Source: Acinetobacter phage ABPH49. Taken from it: DNA of 64,000 nucleotides. The notes under the pieces were generated by a model. That model did no database searches. It saw only the letters and a list, made by a program, of their open reading frames with translations, and was not told where the DNA came from. Of this stretch, positions 51,254 to 60,610 are shown one piece after another. The stretch lies in sequence record MH533020.1; one strand, given 5' to 3'. Within the stretch, counting starts at the first letter, position 1; each line of letters starts with the position of its first letter. A program made the position numbers and the translations under genes.

Positions 51254-51679
51254 TTATGGATATTCAGGCCAGATGATCTTGGCGGGATAGGCAGGTTGCC
51301 TATTGAGTTTACGGAGGGTGTTGATGTAGCGCTTCAGCTCGAGGATCCTCTGATCATCACCTTGTTCCGGCTCTCCAAGCTCAACGCTGATTTGGATAAC
51401 CTGAAGTTCTTTCAAGGCTCTGTCAGTCTCTTTGCCTACACGTTTTATTGCGAGGTATTCCAGCTCTTCGCTGTCTTTTTCTTCCTTGTCGACCCAAGCA
51501 GGCATTCCATCATCCCCCGCTCCAAGCTTCTTGTCTGGTGGAGGGGTAATAGAGTATGCTTGATAAATGTCGTCAGAGATGAGGAAAGAATCAAGGGGCC
51601 AACTACCGGCCCCTTCGTACATATCCCTCAACTCCCCCGGCAGGAAGGTGCCGGTTTCGGGGCTGAAGAAGTAACTCAT
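51254..51679 (-). CDS. Tail fiber assembly chaperone (Tfa/gpG-like, 141 aa)
   Basis: Lies immediately downstream of the fiber gene. C-terminal ...LELKRYINTLRKLNRQPAYPAKIIWPEYP matches the conserved Tfa C-terminus (...W.xYR..L......P..I.WPe.P). Confidence 0.75.
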   Translation of the reverse strand: MSYFFSPETGTFLPGELRDMYEGAGSWPLDSFLISDDIYQAYSITPPPDKKLGAGDDGMPAWVDKEEKDSEELEYLAIKRVGKETDRALKELQVIQISVELGEPEQGDDQRILELKRYINTLRKLNRQPAYPAKIIWPEYP

Positions 51680-51682
51680 TGG

Positions 51683-52858
51683 TTATCTCCCAACGGCCCA
51701 GACGATGGTTCTCTGTCCGACTTCCCAAGAAGCACCGGTGCCCGGCCATTGAACACAGGCGCGGCATCCGTTACGGTCCCACGCTGCAACTTGACCAAAC
51801 CCGTCCGCTCGGTTAGACTCTCTCTCGAGCTGGATCCCTACCATTACTGTCAGACATTCAGCTGGGAATGGGATCGGCCATGAGATGCTGTCAAACGATT
51901 CATCGTTATAGCCTTTCCACTGACCAACCGCCCACTGGTGGATGTATCCGGTCTTTTCGTCTTTGAACCATCCACGCTCTTGACCAAGACTGGCAGAGGT
52001 TGTAACACGGCTGTCAATGTAGTTCTTCAGGCTTCCGTTGTTTGTTCCGTCACCCCAGATCACCCCAGAAACGTCACCGTTCTCTTGGTAATATGCAGTC
52101 CTGCCGCTGTGTTGCACAGTGATGTTTGAGCGGGCATTCAGCTGGGCAAAGTCTGCCTGACCGTTAGTCCACATAGTGGCAGAGGCTACAGAGCCGTTCC
52201 CTGCGACGATGTCTCCATTAGAGATGAGCTTACGTGCCCAGACTGTCCCGGTGACTTCCATAAAGGCGGAAGTGGCGGAGTCGGCGTGAAGTTCAACCAT
52301 CGAGAATGGTACACCAGACCCCGGGCCGTCAGTCCCCGCAGGGATAAACCGGAAGCGCATCACGTCAACGCCGGTGGCATTCTTGTCACCAACGTTATCC
52401 CCGAGGGTGAAGTCGAAGAAAGTCTTATCTACCGCTGGACTTGAAGCCTCGATGTAGGCATAATCAGACGACGCTGCATTGAAGTTGACCCGTGGGGTTG
52501 TCAACGCACCGGTCATGGTGTCGCCCTTGATGTCAACGAACGCTGCATCAGACTCTGTCTTGCTGTACACCCCGAGGTTGTTTCTGGCGGTAACCTTGTT
52601 TGGAACGTCAGAGAAGTTCAGATCCTTTTTAAGGTACTTGTCGTCAAGACCCGGCATTGCTTCGTCTGCAAGGTAGCGGATCCAATCTGTCTGCATGTTC
52701 CACATATAGTTCCATGCCTGAACAGATGGCCGCTGGCCTTTGTCATAACCCTTGTCCCACAGGTCATTGATCGGGCGGCGCTTGTTTGGTGTGTGAGCTA
52801 CAGGAAGTTCGATATCTTGTTGTGCCCAAACTTCAATTGGGACCGATGGACGTGCCAT
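51683..52858 (-). CDS. Tail fiber protein (391 aa)
   Basis: Conserved fiber N-terminus MARPSVPIEVWAQQDIELP...; the tail-fiber GDTMTG motif (DIKGDTMTGALTTP). GAGGAGAG RBS. Confidence 0.8.
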   Translation of the reverse strand: MARPSVPIEVWAQQDIELPVAHTPNKRRPINDLWDKGYDKGQRPSVQAWNYMWNMQTDWIRYLADEAMPGLDDKYLKKDLNFSDVPNKVTARNNLGVYSKTESDAAFVDIKGDTMTGALTTPRVNFNAASSDYAYIEASSPAVDKTFFDFTLGDNVGDKNATGVDVMRFRFIPAGTDGPGSGVPFSMVELHADSATSAFMEVTGTVWARKLISNGDIVAGNGSVASATMWTNGQADFAQLNARSNITVQHSGRTAYYQENGDVSGVIWGDGTNNGSLKNYIDSRVTTSASLGQERGWFKDEKTGYIHQWAVGQWKGYNDESFDSISWPIPFPAECLTVMVGIQLERESNRADGFGQVAAWDRNGCRACVQWPGTGASWEVGQRTIVWAVGR

Positions 52859-52870
52859 TTAGTTCTCTCC

Positions 52871-53497
52871 TCAATAAACGCTTTCGTCATCTGAAACGTA
52901 GATCTCAGAGGCGATCCCGCCACTAAATCCTTCTACGTCCTCATCAGATCCGAAACCTGAAACTTTGTTTCCGTCTTCCTCAAAACCGAAGGCGGTACCG
53001 TTGGACTCGACAACCCGAAGGTGTGTCGGCATAGGAAGCATGTCCACAATCTCTTGGATGACGTTTCGTACATCAAAGCAAGAGTTCGTAATGTTGATAT
53101 CGAACCGGTAATTCCACCCCTTCCACGTGGAGAAGTTACCCTCTCCGAACAACTGAGTGAGGCTTGCGATCAGTTCTGATCTCGTTCCCGATGTTCTGCT
53201 CGATGCAGACAGGATCATCAGTACCGCTCGGTAATCGTTATCTTCCAGACCGTTTCTTTCGATCCCCAACTGACGGCCAATCTCATCGAGGTTGGCACCT
53301 TTGGCAGAAAGGACGCGGCGGTCTTCCGCCATAGTCACCATAGCCACGTCGATAGTCTTCAACCTTTCGAGGAAGATCTCCAAGAGAGCGATGAAGTTTT
53401 TCTTGTCGTCGAGGAATCCAGAGGGAAGGTAATCCTTCCCCCCTTCAACGAAGTCTGGCAGGGGGTGGATGTGGTTGACATCTTTCAACTCTGCCAT
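52871..53497 (-). CDS. Baseplate protein, P2 gpI / Mu gp48-like (208 aa)
   Basis: Position between the J-like and fiber genes; size and loose sequence pattern. AAGGAGA RBS. Confidence 0.55.
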   Translation of the reverse strand: MAELKDVNHIHPLPDFVEGGKDYLPSGFLDDKKNFIALLEIFLERLKTIDVAMVTMAEDRRVLSAKGANLDEIGRQLGIERNGLEDNDYRAVLMILSASSRTSGTRSELIASLTQLFGEGNFSTWKGWNYRFDINITNSCFDVRNVIQEIVDMLPMPTHLRVVESNGTAFGFEEDGNKVSGFGSDEDVEGFSGGIASEIYVSDDESVY

Positions 53498-53507
53498 TAT
53501 GATCTCC

Positions 53508-55007
53508 TTAGATGATCTGGCTGAACGTCACATCTTCCAGCGACAGAGAGAACAGCTGGTTGAATTCAGCGGTAAAGTCAGCGGAAGTGTACTCGTCATC
53601 TGGTGCGTCACGGTCCTTGACCTCAACGATGATCTTTGTGAATCGCCCGGCGTTGACCGAGATACCCACAGCGGAAACCAGCTGAATGTTGTACAGGGTG
53701 TCGGAGATGTTGAGCGAGTCAACGATCTGTTTAAGACCTGCGGCAATATCCTGCTCTTCCGTCATCGCAACAGGACGACCTTGATATCTGACACGAATAG
53801 CCAGTGGGCGGCTTGCAGCCTTGGAGTGGTAAATCCTCTCCTCTTCCCCGTCCTCAGTAGCCACATCAAGGAACACATCCCCGTAGGTGTTGTTCGACAG
53901 CGCGATGGTGTCGTACAGAACCCGGCTAATCTGCTCGGTAGTTCCACCGTAGCAAACAGTCATGAAGCGGTATGGAGGGATTCCGAGGGCGTTAGTCGAT
54001 CCGGTGTTGTTGTTGAAGATCCTTACCTTCTCCAACCCCTCTACCTTTTCTCTCAGGGCAGAAAGAACCGCTGATCGGGTTGCCTTACCTTGAGTGACGA
54101 TAGTGAGTGCTCGAATCTTGTACTCGTTGTCTGTTTCGACATCAGATCCATCTGTGAATGCACGGAGGTTCGTGATTGAAACAAAACCAGCTGGAGTTGG
54201 AGAGATGCTGCGAACAGAATTGCTTTCACGTGAGATTTCTCCTGCCTCTACGGCGATACAGTCGAGGGTGATCGTCTTGTTGCCCACCAGAGGGGTGAAG
54301 CGAAGGTCGACACGGCTCGACAGGCCAATCATGTTCCCAGTCGCATCGTACCCGATCAGCATACCACCGGCAGCGGTGTTGATGAGGATTCTGTTATCGT
54401 TCTCGAGGATGGTGTTCTCCACGATGAAACGCTTGATGTTCGACATGAACGTGTTCAGCACCGGGTTGTTCGGTGTTTTGTTCGTCAGGTTGTAGGTGAA
54501 GGTCTTGGTCGTCTGGTCGTTCATGTTCTGAATCGTCAGGCGGTAAGTACCAACAGACCACATCTGGTTCGTGATCTCCATAGCAATGATGTTGCCAGCC
54601 ACCTGAGTGTCATTGGAGAATTCGAAGTTACCATCGTCAATGGTGTACGCGGCTTGCGTGTAGACCATGTTATATGGTACGGTATTATCAACAGTCATTT
54701 CCACCTGACCGGTACCTTTTGTCTTACCTTTGCGGAAAACACCGCGCTTGGCAAGCAGGTCGTCAAGGTAGATTCCCTCAGCACCATGAATGGTTTGAGC
54801 CGAGTAAACGTCGGCCATCAAGGCCCAGAGTTGATATTCCCTTTCGTTGAAGATAGAGCTGAATTTGTCAGCAATCGAGTTGTTTTGGGTGTTGAAGTTT
54901 TCACCAAAAACGGACTTCATCGCCGCTTTAGTTTCTGCGGAAAGATCCGCGAATGCTGGCAGCTCAAAGCCTGCATCGGTAAGACCGTATTTGACGTCAT
55001 TAGCCAC
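53508..55007 (-). CDS. Baseplate wedge protein, J-like (499 aa; GTG start)
   Basis: Position and size; loose similarity to the P2 gpJ N-terminal pattern. GGAGA RBS. Confidence 0.6.
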   Translation of the reverse strand: MANDVKYGLTDAGFELPAFADLSAETKAAMKSVFGENFNTQNNSIADKFSSIFNEREYQLWALMADVYSAQTIHGAEGIYLDDLLAKRGVFRKGKTKGTGQVEMTVDNTVPYNMVYTQAAYTIDDGNFEFSNDTQVAGNIIAMEITNQMWSVGTYRLTIQNMNDQTTKTFTYNLTNKTPNNPVLNTFMSNIKRFIVENTILENDNRILINTAAGGMLIGYDATGNMIGLSSRVDLRFTPLVGNKTITLDCIAVEAGEISRESNSVRSISPTPAGFVSITNLRAFTDGSDVETDNEYKIRALTIVTQGKATRSAVLSALREKVEGLEKVRIFNNNTGSTNALGIPPYRFMTVCYGGTTEQISRVLYDTIALSNNTYGDVFLDVATEDGEEERIYHSKAASRPLAIRVRYQGRPVAMTEEQDIAAGLKQIVDSLNISDTLYNIQLVSAVGISVNAGRFTKIIVEVKDRDAPDDEYTSADFTAEFNQLFSLSLEDVTFSQII

Positions 55008-55079
55008 GGCTGATCTCCAGTTGTTAATTTAGGCAATAGTCGTATTTTACCATGTTTGTCAGTAAATTGAAAGAAACGC

Positions 55080-55112
55080 CCATAGAAAAAGGGACCCGAA
55101 GGTCCCTTTGAA
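55080..55112 (-). terminator. Intrinsic terminator AAAGGGACC-TTCG-GGTCCCTTT + T5 (minus strand) after the tailspike gene
   Basis: Seen directly. A possible TGgTAAAAT extended -10 promoter follows at about 55035-55065 on the minus strand. Confidence 0.65.
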
Positions 55113-55113
55113 T

Positions 55114-56511
55114 TTAGGCTGGTGTGCCATCCATCTTTATCCAAGACATTGGACTGTTAGATTTTAGGCAGATTGGGATGCCAAGCACTTTGTCGAAGAA
55201 AATCATTCCCTCGGGTCCCGTTGTCGGTCTAGTTTGTCCAGACATCGGGATAGACCTTGCAACTTGGTCTATAAAGGCCTTCACCTCAAACCAGTCCACA
55301 TTTACCGCATGGTTTGTCCCATCTGCATTGGAGTTTGTCGCTCTAGACCAACCGATCACCGCGTAGTTGGCCGGGGTTGTTAGCCCCAAGGCTGTAGGTT
55401 TTGAGCTGAACACGAAATCCCCAGCCTTATAAAACGATCCGACAGTTGGCATTTGTTCAGAGAACAAGACTGAATTAGCTGTCGTATGCCAAGAGCCGGA
55501 GCTTCTTGACCGAATGTCGACACGGCAGGTGCTGTCTATTGTTACTTTGCCACCACCTGCCCATCTGTACCCCTCAAATCCAACACCTGTTATCGTTGTT
55601 CCGCCAGACATCGTCAGTGTACCTGTTGAGTCGTCTGACCACACCCCTCTTGAGTTGTCAAGGCTGAGCTGTATCTCAACGCCCTGTAGGTGTACATCGG
55701 AGTTAGCACCAGATCTGGCCCTAAATACCGCACGCTGTGTACCTGCCTTACCGACGTTGTAAAACTTGCAGTTGCTTACCCGGATATGACTGCCGAAACT
55801 GATGGCATCTCCCGATAGGTTATTGAACGTTGCATTGTTCAATACCACCTGAGATGCTGGAGAGGTCTGATAAAACAGACATCCACTCAAGTCCGTCTCC
55901 ACAAGGCCTAATGTTCCTGCCGAAGCACCTGTGAATTTACCCCCATCAACTACAAAAACCCCACCGTAGTTCTGGGCAAATATCGGGCGACTACAGATAT
56001 CTGCATCACACTCTACCAAACGGAAAGAATCGGACGACCCATTGTATCTCTCCGACCGGAAGTAGTAGGCAATCTTGTATCCGAAACAAAATAACCTGAA
56101 CGCCGCCGCGAAGTCTACCCTGCCGAAATGAAATCCTGTGGCGTTATCAAAAATCCACTGCTTCAAGTCCTGAGCGTATTCATTTTCCTTCCCGAGGTAG
56201 ATGTTGTAATTCCAGTGTATGTCTGAAATCCTTGGGATATCTAGACACCTGTCAAGAGACAACCCTCGACCTATTGGAGCGCCAACAATGTTACGTATAA
56301 CTATCTTACTGGAACTACCGATATTTGTAGGTGTCTGACCACCAAACATCATGGCGTAGTATGAATTTCCTACGTTCAGGTCCTCGAAGAGTGATTCAAA
56401 TCCAGACCCAGAGAGCAGAGGTTTGTACGCAACCACTCCCTTTTTAGATAGGTCATAAGTCTGCTTCGAATACCAGAAGCTCACCCCAGAAACTACGTTT
56501 CTGGACGTCAT
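55114..56511 (-). CDS. Tailspike, right-handed beta-helix (pectate-lyase-like) body (465 aa as annotated; probably the C-terminal part of a split gene)
   Basis: Beta-helix-like repeats (NATFNNLSGDAISFGSHIRVSNCKFYNVG...). The ATG at 56511 has no RBS, and the same frame is open with no stop for a further 85 nt upstream, merging into the 56597-56848 ORF after a 1-nt shift. Confidence 0.7.
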   Translation of the reverse strand: MTSRNVVSGVSFWYSKQTYDLSKKGVVAYKPLLSGSGFESLFEDLNVGNSYYAMMFGGQTPTNIGSSSKIVIRNIVGAPIGRGLSLDRCLDIPRISDIHWNYNIYLGKENEYAQDLKQWIFDNATGFHFGRVDFAAAFRLFCFGYKIAYYFRSERYNGSSDSFRLVECDADICSRPIFAQNYGGVFVVDGGKFTGASAGTLGLVETDLSGCLFYQTSPASQVVLNNATFNNLSGDAISFGSHIRVSNCKFYNVGKAGTQRAVFRARSGANSDVHLQGVEIQLSLDNSRGVWSDDSTGTLTMSGGTTITGVGFEGYRWAGGGKVTIDSTCRVDIRSRSSGSWHTTANSVLFSEQMPTVGSFYKAGDFVFSSKPTALGLTTPANYAVIGWSRATNSNADGTNHAVNVDWFEVKAFIDQVARSIPMSGQTRPTTGPEGMIFFDKVLGIPICLKSNSPMSWIKMDGTPA

Positions 56512-56596
56512 GAAGAATTGCGAGGTACTGACATCCTCATGGTCAATAATGAACGTGAAGCTCCCTCGCCCGCCAGCGCAAATAATCCCAGTCCCG

Positions 56597-56848
56597 TCAG
56601 AAGATGAAATTACTTGTTCTCAGGGTTACCTTGCCGCCAGAGGGGGCTGAGATTGTCCTCCCTGTATCACTCGAAGCCTTGATTGCTTGACGAAGGCCGT
56701 CATCGCCGGGTATCACGCCGGAAACATCGCAGTAATCCTCCAAGTGAATTACACCGGTCAGGAGGTGAAGCTTATCCAGATCTTGCTGCAATTCCCCGGT
56801 TGAGGACGCTGTCTTGATCATCCATGCTGGAACTTTGGTTGTTGACAT
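56597..56848 (-). CDS. Tailspike N-terminal fragment (83 aa) terminated by TGA; separated from the beta-helix body by an apparent +1 frameshift
   Basis: Strong GGAGAG RBS. ...VIPGDDGLRQAIKASSDTGRTISAPSGGKVTL resembles the pectate-lyase-fold N-terminal cap (GDGxTDDT.A.Q.A.....GG.V). Deleting one T near 56597 fuses it to the downstream frame (...NFIFDGTGIICAGG...). Confidence 0.55.
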   Translation of the reverse strand: MSTTKVPAWMIKTASSTGELQQDLDKLHLLTGVIHLEDYCDVSGVIPGDDGLRQAIKASSDTGRTISAPSGGKVTLRTSNFIF

Positions 56849-56893
56849 ATCTTTCTCTCCTTTACCGCCCCGAAGGGCGGCAATGTTGTCTCG

Positions 56894-59230
56894 TTATGCG
56901 GCTACCACGGTATTATCGTAGAATGTTCTCCACGCTGCCCCGTCGTAGAATACTGGGACTCCAGTCCCTGCACCCACTGCTTCTCCTGCACGCCGTCCGT
57001 TGGTTGCGTACATCATTCCGCCGACAGATGCTGAGGTCGGGAGTTCTGCAACTTTTACAGAGGCTGGGGCCACCTCACGTTTAGATACCAAGCTCCCGTT
57101 GTTGGTGATCCTCAAAGCCTGAGAGGTGTTTGGTGTTGAGAAAGCCAAACCTCCGTGAGAACCTCCACCAGAAACAATACACTTATTACCCGAACTGTCC
57201 TCAAGTTCGAGGTTGATTGATGCACCCCCGGGACCGGTTCTGACAAAACCAACACCTTGGGCGCTGTACGTCACGACCCTGATCGGTGCCCCGCTCTCGC
57301 CACTGGTACCAAACTCAAGGGTGTTTGATGCAGAGTTATGATAAATCAGACTCTGCCCTACGGTACTAGTGTCCCCGCCGATACGTACCCTGAACCCTTT
57401 GCCGAGGTGCAGCACCGAATTCGGCTTCAAGATTCTTACGTTTCTGTTCAGGTCTACATGCCCGCTCTCACCCCCATAGCTCTGGTCGTAAGGACGGATG
57501 TACAAAGCAGGTGTTTGAGCACCGGTTCCGTCGTAGTTATACAGCGCAAACCCCCGGTTACCAATCCCAGACCCATATGTTCCAAGGGCGAGATTGTCCG
57601 CCGACATGTTAAACACGCTCTGACCGTTGAACCTGATCCTTGGGTCATACAGCGTATTTCCGTCCAACCTAATCTCTGCCGAAGATGCAGCAGCGGTACC
57701 CTTCAAACTTGCAAGGGGCTGCGTCATCGCCTGTTTGTTGCCGGTATTGAACTCAATAACCATGCAGTAGACATCGGAACGGGAGTCAGAGTCATCAACC
57801 TTTGAGGGGTATGCAACAAGGATCCTATCCCCGAACAATACTGCGTGTTGTACACCACCAACCCCAGCTGCTGCCTGATACCCCGCACTTGTGCTGGTTA
57901 GCCTTTTCACTTCAGATCCTGTATCGAAATCTCGGGAGAATGCAGAATCCAATGGGCATTTCCTGACATAAAGGCCAGATTGCACCCCTTTAGGGTTTGC
58001 ATTATCGTATCTGTTCGAGTAAAAGAACCAGACAGATTTGAAGTCTGGGGTGAAGACCGGGGTAATTGGGTTTACACTGAACGGCATCGGGAATTCCGCC
58101 GCGTCAGAAATAGACTCAAAACCTTCTGTGGCTACCCATGCTTTGCACTTCGAGATGCCAACGTTCTGAGAACGGGACACAACAAGGATCTGGCCCGTGT
58201 CAACCCTACGGAGGAAGTTAAGTTCGCATTGAAGAACCGCCCCGTTGTTATTGTTGTTCGCCGCAGACAGCAACACCTTAGTAGTGTAAGACCAGTCCGT
58301 AGGATCCACGATCAGGATCCCGAGGCTCCCAACCGCGTCGTGGTAACCGCAAGCAAATTTCCCATCCCCCAAAAGGACAAAGCCGTGGTAAGCGACGATG
58401 TCCCTTCCCGTGTCTGGAAGGAAATCAATGGCTTTTACTTCTTGCCACTGCACTCCGTTATTTGACGAAGTGTAGATTGAATGACGGATTGGAGCTTGGT
58501 CATTTGTGCCTTTTCTGAATCTCACAATTGAAACCAAGGTCCCATCAAGCAAGGCCCCGAGTGACCAAGCACTTGCAGCCTCTGTGCTTGTTCTTGGTGC
58601 AATGGTTCTTACCTTTCCGAAGTCAATCCCGTTTCGTGTGCCGACAATCATCGCATCACTAGCAATGGTTCCGTGACCGGAGGCCAAGTTGAAGCCGAAA
58701 TAAGCCCGATCCCCGACAACAACACCCTTCCCCTGCGGCCAGTTTGAGAATCCAACACCAAAGTCGGTAACCCGTGTGGAGAAGTTACCGAGAGCCTCGA
58801 CAGGGTCTTGGATCATCTTCTGGACTTCGTCGTAAGTTGGGCTGGGGTCAGACGAAGAAAGTCCAACAGCCACCAGAACTTCCTCGCCAACTTTCAGCGC
58901 ATCCTCAGGTTTAAGGACAATCTTGTTGTTTTGTACAGAGTACGCCCCAAGCTCTTCAAGTTGGAGAACACCCCCTCTGAACAGTAGGGCCTCCTTGAAA
59001 ATCAAGGAGGGTGACAACTCTACTTCACCGCCCGTGGCTACGTATGTCCAAGTTTCCAGTTTCCCGCCTGAACCTGAACCTCCAGAGATTTTAGACGCCT
59101 TGACCTTCTTTGTCACCCCTTTCTGGTCAACCACGAAGACATCATCAGCTCCGATGGTGCTCGCCTCTGGAAGGTCTGTGATCTTAATCAGAGTCAGGTC
59201 TTCTGCACCTACATCAACCAAAGTTCCCAT
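56894..59230 (-). CDS. Large tail spike / fiber protein with a sialidase-like beta-propeller module (778 aa)
   Basis: Asp-box/BNR-like YTSSNNGVQWQEV and further S-x-D-x-G-like repeats in the central region. N-terminus typical of baseplate-attached spikes. GAGAGAGG RBS. Confidence 0.65.
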   Translation of the reverse strand: MGTLVDVGAEDLTLIKITDLPEASTIGADDVFVVDQKGVTKKVKASKISGGSGSGGKLETWTYVATGGEVELSPSLIFKEALLFRGGVLQLEELGAYSVQNNKIVLKPEDALKVGEEVLVAVGLSSSDPSPTYDEVQKMIQDPVEALGNFSTRVTDFGVGFSNWPQGKGVVVGDRAYFGFNLASGHGTIASDAMIVGTRNGIDFGKVRTIAPRTSTEAASAWSLGALLDGTLVSIVRFRKGTNDQAPIRHSIYTSSNNGVQWQEVKAIDFLPDTGRDIVAYHGFVLLGDGKFACGYHDAVGSLGILIVDPTDWSYTTKVLLSAANNNNNGAVLQCELNFLRRVDTGQILVVSRSQNVGISKCKAWVATEGFESISDAAEFPMPFSVNPITPVFTPDFKSVWFFYSNRYDNANPKGVQSGLYVRKCPLDSAFSRDFDTGSEVKRLTSTSAGYQAAAGVGGVQHAVLFGDRILVAYPSKVDDSDSRSDVYCMVIEFNTGNKQAMTQPLASLKGTAAASSAEIRLDGNTLYDPRIRFNGQSVFNMSADNLALGTYGSGIGNRGFALYNYDGTGAQTPALYIRPYDQSYGGESGHVDLNRNVRILKPNSVLHLGKGFRVRIGGDTSTVGQSLIYHNSASNTLEFGTSGESGAPIRVVTYSAQGVGFVRTGPGGASINLELEDSSGNKCIVSGGGSHGGLAFSTPNTSQALRITNNGSLVSKREVAPASVKVAELPTSASVGGMMYATNGRRAGEAVGAGTGVPVFYDGAAWRTFYDNTVVAA

Positions 59231-59847
59231 CAGTTTCCTCTCTCAATTAGTTTGCCGTCTTGGGTAGAGATCCCTCTACCGTCTTGTGTGCCAATACCAG
59301 ACCTTGTTGCCGTGATTGGGTCTTGGACTGACCATTTGTTATACCATGTTGCATCACCGTAGATCGGGAGTCGGAAGTTGATCAAGTAGTACAACTTATT
59401 CTGCCATTTAATCCACTGGTTATCCCCGCACAGGGTTACGCCATCTTCTGGGGGCGTTGGATAAGCAAATTGGCTACTTCCTGTGAAGGCGATGTTGATG
59501 TCTTCACCTTCGTTTGTGGTTACCGTCATGTAGCATTCGTAGCTACGACTAGAGGCTTCCATTGCAGAGTTAAAGCTGGTAATATCAATTACGTCCGGCT
59601 CTTCTCTGACCGTTTGTTTGATTCTTCCATCCAGCACCGACTTCATGACCTTTTTGGAAATGAAAGTCCGGTATGGGAACCCAAAGGATTCGTCGAAGAA
59701 CCAGTCACCTGCCCAAACGCTGAATTTGATCCACAGTCGCTGGCGCAGGGAGATTTGGTTGGAGGTGATGAGGTTCAAACCATCACCCGAGATATCCAGA
59801 TCCCCGGTTACCGGGTCCATCTGGAGATCAGAAAACAGAGTTGGCAT
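59230..59847 (-). CDS. Baseplate protein with a gpW/gp25-like N-terminal domain (205 aa)
   Basis: N-terminus ...DPVTGDLDISGDGLNLITSNQISLRQRLWIKFSVWAGDWFFDESFGFPY follows the gp25/W pattern. AAGGAGA RBS; TGATG overlap. Confidence 0.55.
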   Translation of the reverse strand: MPTLFSDLQMDPVTGDLDISGDGLNLITSNQISLRQRLWIKFSVWAGDWFFDESFGFPYRTFISKKVMKSVLDGRIKQTVREEPDVIDITSFNSAMEASSRSYECYMTVTTNEGEDINIAFTGSSQFAYPTPPEDGVTLCGDNQWIKWQNKLYYLINFRLPIYGDATWYNKWSVQDPITATRSGIGTQDGRGISTQDGKLIERGN

Positions 59848-59856
59848 TTATTCTCC

Positions 59857-60600
59857 TTAAACCTTCGGTCCGGTGTTGCCAGACCCGGTCTGAACACCAC
59901 TGTGTCGGTGGTTGACGTAATCTTGCCAGAAGGCATTGAGGTCAACACCTTGAGCCGTGATGAAGTTTCCATCTTTGGTGATGGTACCACCATTGAACTT
60001 CGATTCACCGTCGGCATAGATTGTCAGGCCGCCATTGGCGTTCCCTGCGGTGATCTGCCCTTCCGGGGTGATGGTCAACGATCCTGCTCCGTTACCTCCA
60101 GACAGGGTCCCATCCTTCAGCAACTTGAAAGATCCTTTTGGCGTCTCAAGGGTGTAATCCCCGTCCGGGGTCATGGAGAACTTGACTTTATCGTTCTCAA
60201 GCTCTACGTTGTCCGGGTGGATTGGTTTGGAGTTGCCCTCGGTGAAGATCTCTGTCACTGCCCAGCCTGCAAACAGCTGGTGGGTGTTCTTATCGTTGAC
60301 GTCGTTCTCGTTTCGTTCGCTGAAACTCAGGCCGACGATGTCTCCCGGCTTAACCGGCATCGAAAGTCTGGCCTTGCCACCATTACCGGAGGGGAGTTGA
60401 AGTGGTACGTCGAAAATTACTGGATAACGATCCTCGGCCCCGCTCTCGAACACTGTAAAGGCCATTGGCTGAACATCAACCCTTGGCCCGTTAACGTTGA
60501 CTGAGACAACCCGTGCACGGATGTTCGTGTGCACGTTGTTCCTCATGTACCGGTCAGTGTAAATGCCGAGAGCAGCGTCAAGTCTATCTGTCGCCGCCAT
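59857..60600 (-). CDS. Baseplate central spike, gpV/Mu gp45-like (247 aa)
   Basis: N-terminal OB-like region. C-terminal VNHRHSGVQTGSGNTGP matches the gpV HxH....G..T..P apex motif. AAGGAG RBS. Confidence 0.7.
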   Translation of the reverse strand: MAATDRLDAALGIYTDRYMRNNVHTNIRARVVSVNVNGPRVDVQPMAFTVFESGAEDRYPVIFDVPLQLPSGNGGKARLSMPVKPGDIVGLSFSERNENDVNDKNTHQLFAGWAVTEIFTEGNSKPIHPDNVELENDKVKFSMTPDGDYTLETPKGSFKLLKDGTLSGGNGAGSLTITPEGQITAGNANGGLTIYADGESKFNGGTITKDGNFITAQGVDLNAFWQDYVNHRHSGVQTGSGNTGPKV

Positions 60601-60610
60601 TGAAAACTCC

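Noticed and set aside
56860-56885. Hairpin GCCGCC-CCGAA-GGGCGGC between the 778-aa spike gene and the 83-aa ORF as a terminator.
   Set aside because: On the coding (minus) strand it is followed by the RBS rather than a U tract. It is more likely an RNA-stability or attenuator hairpin, so it is not called as a terminator.
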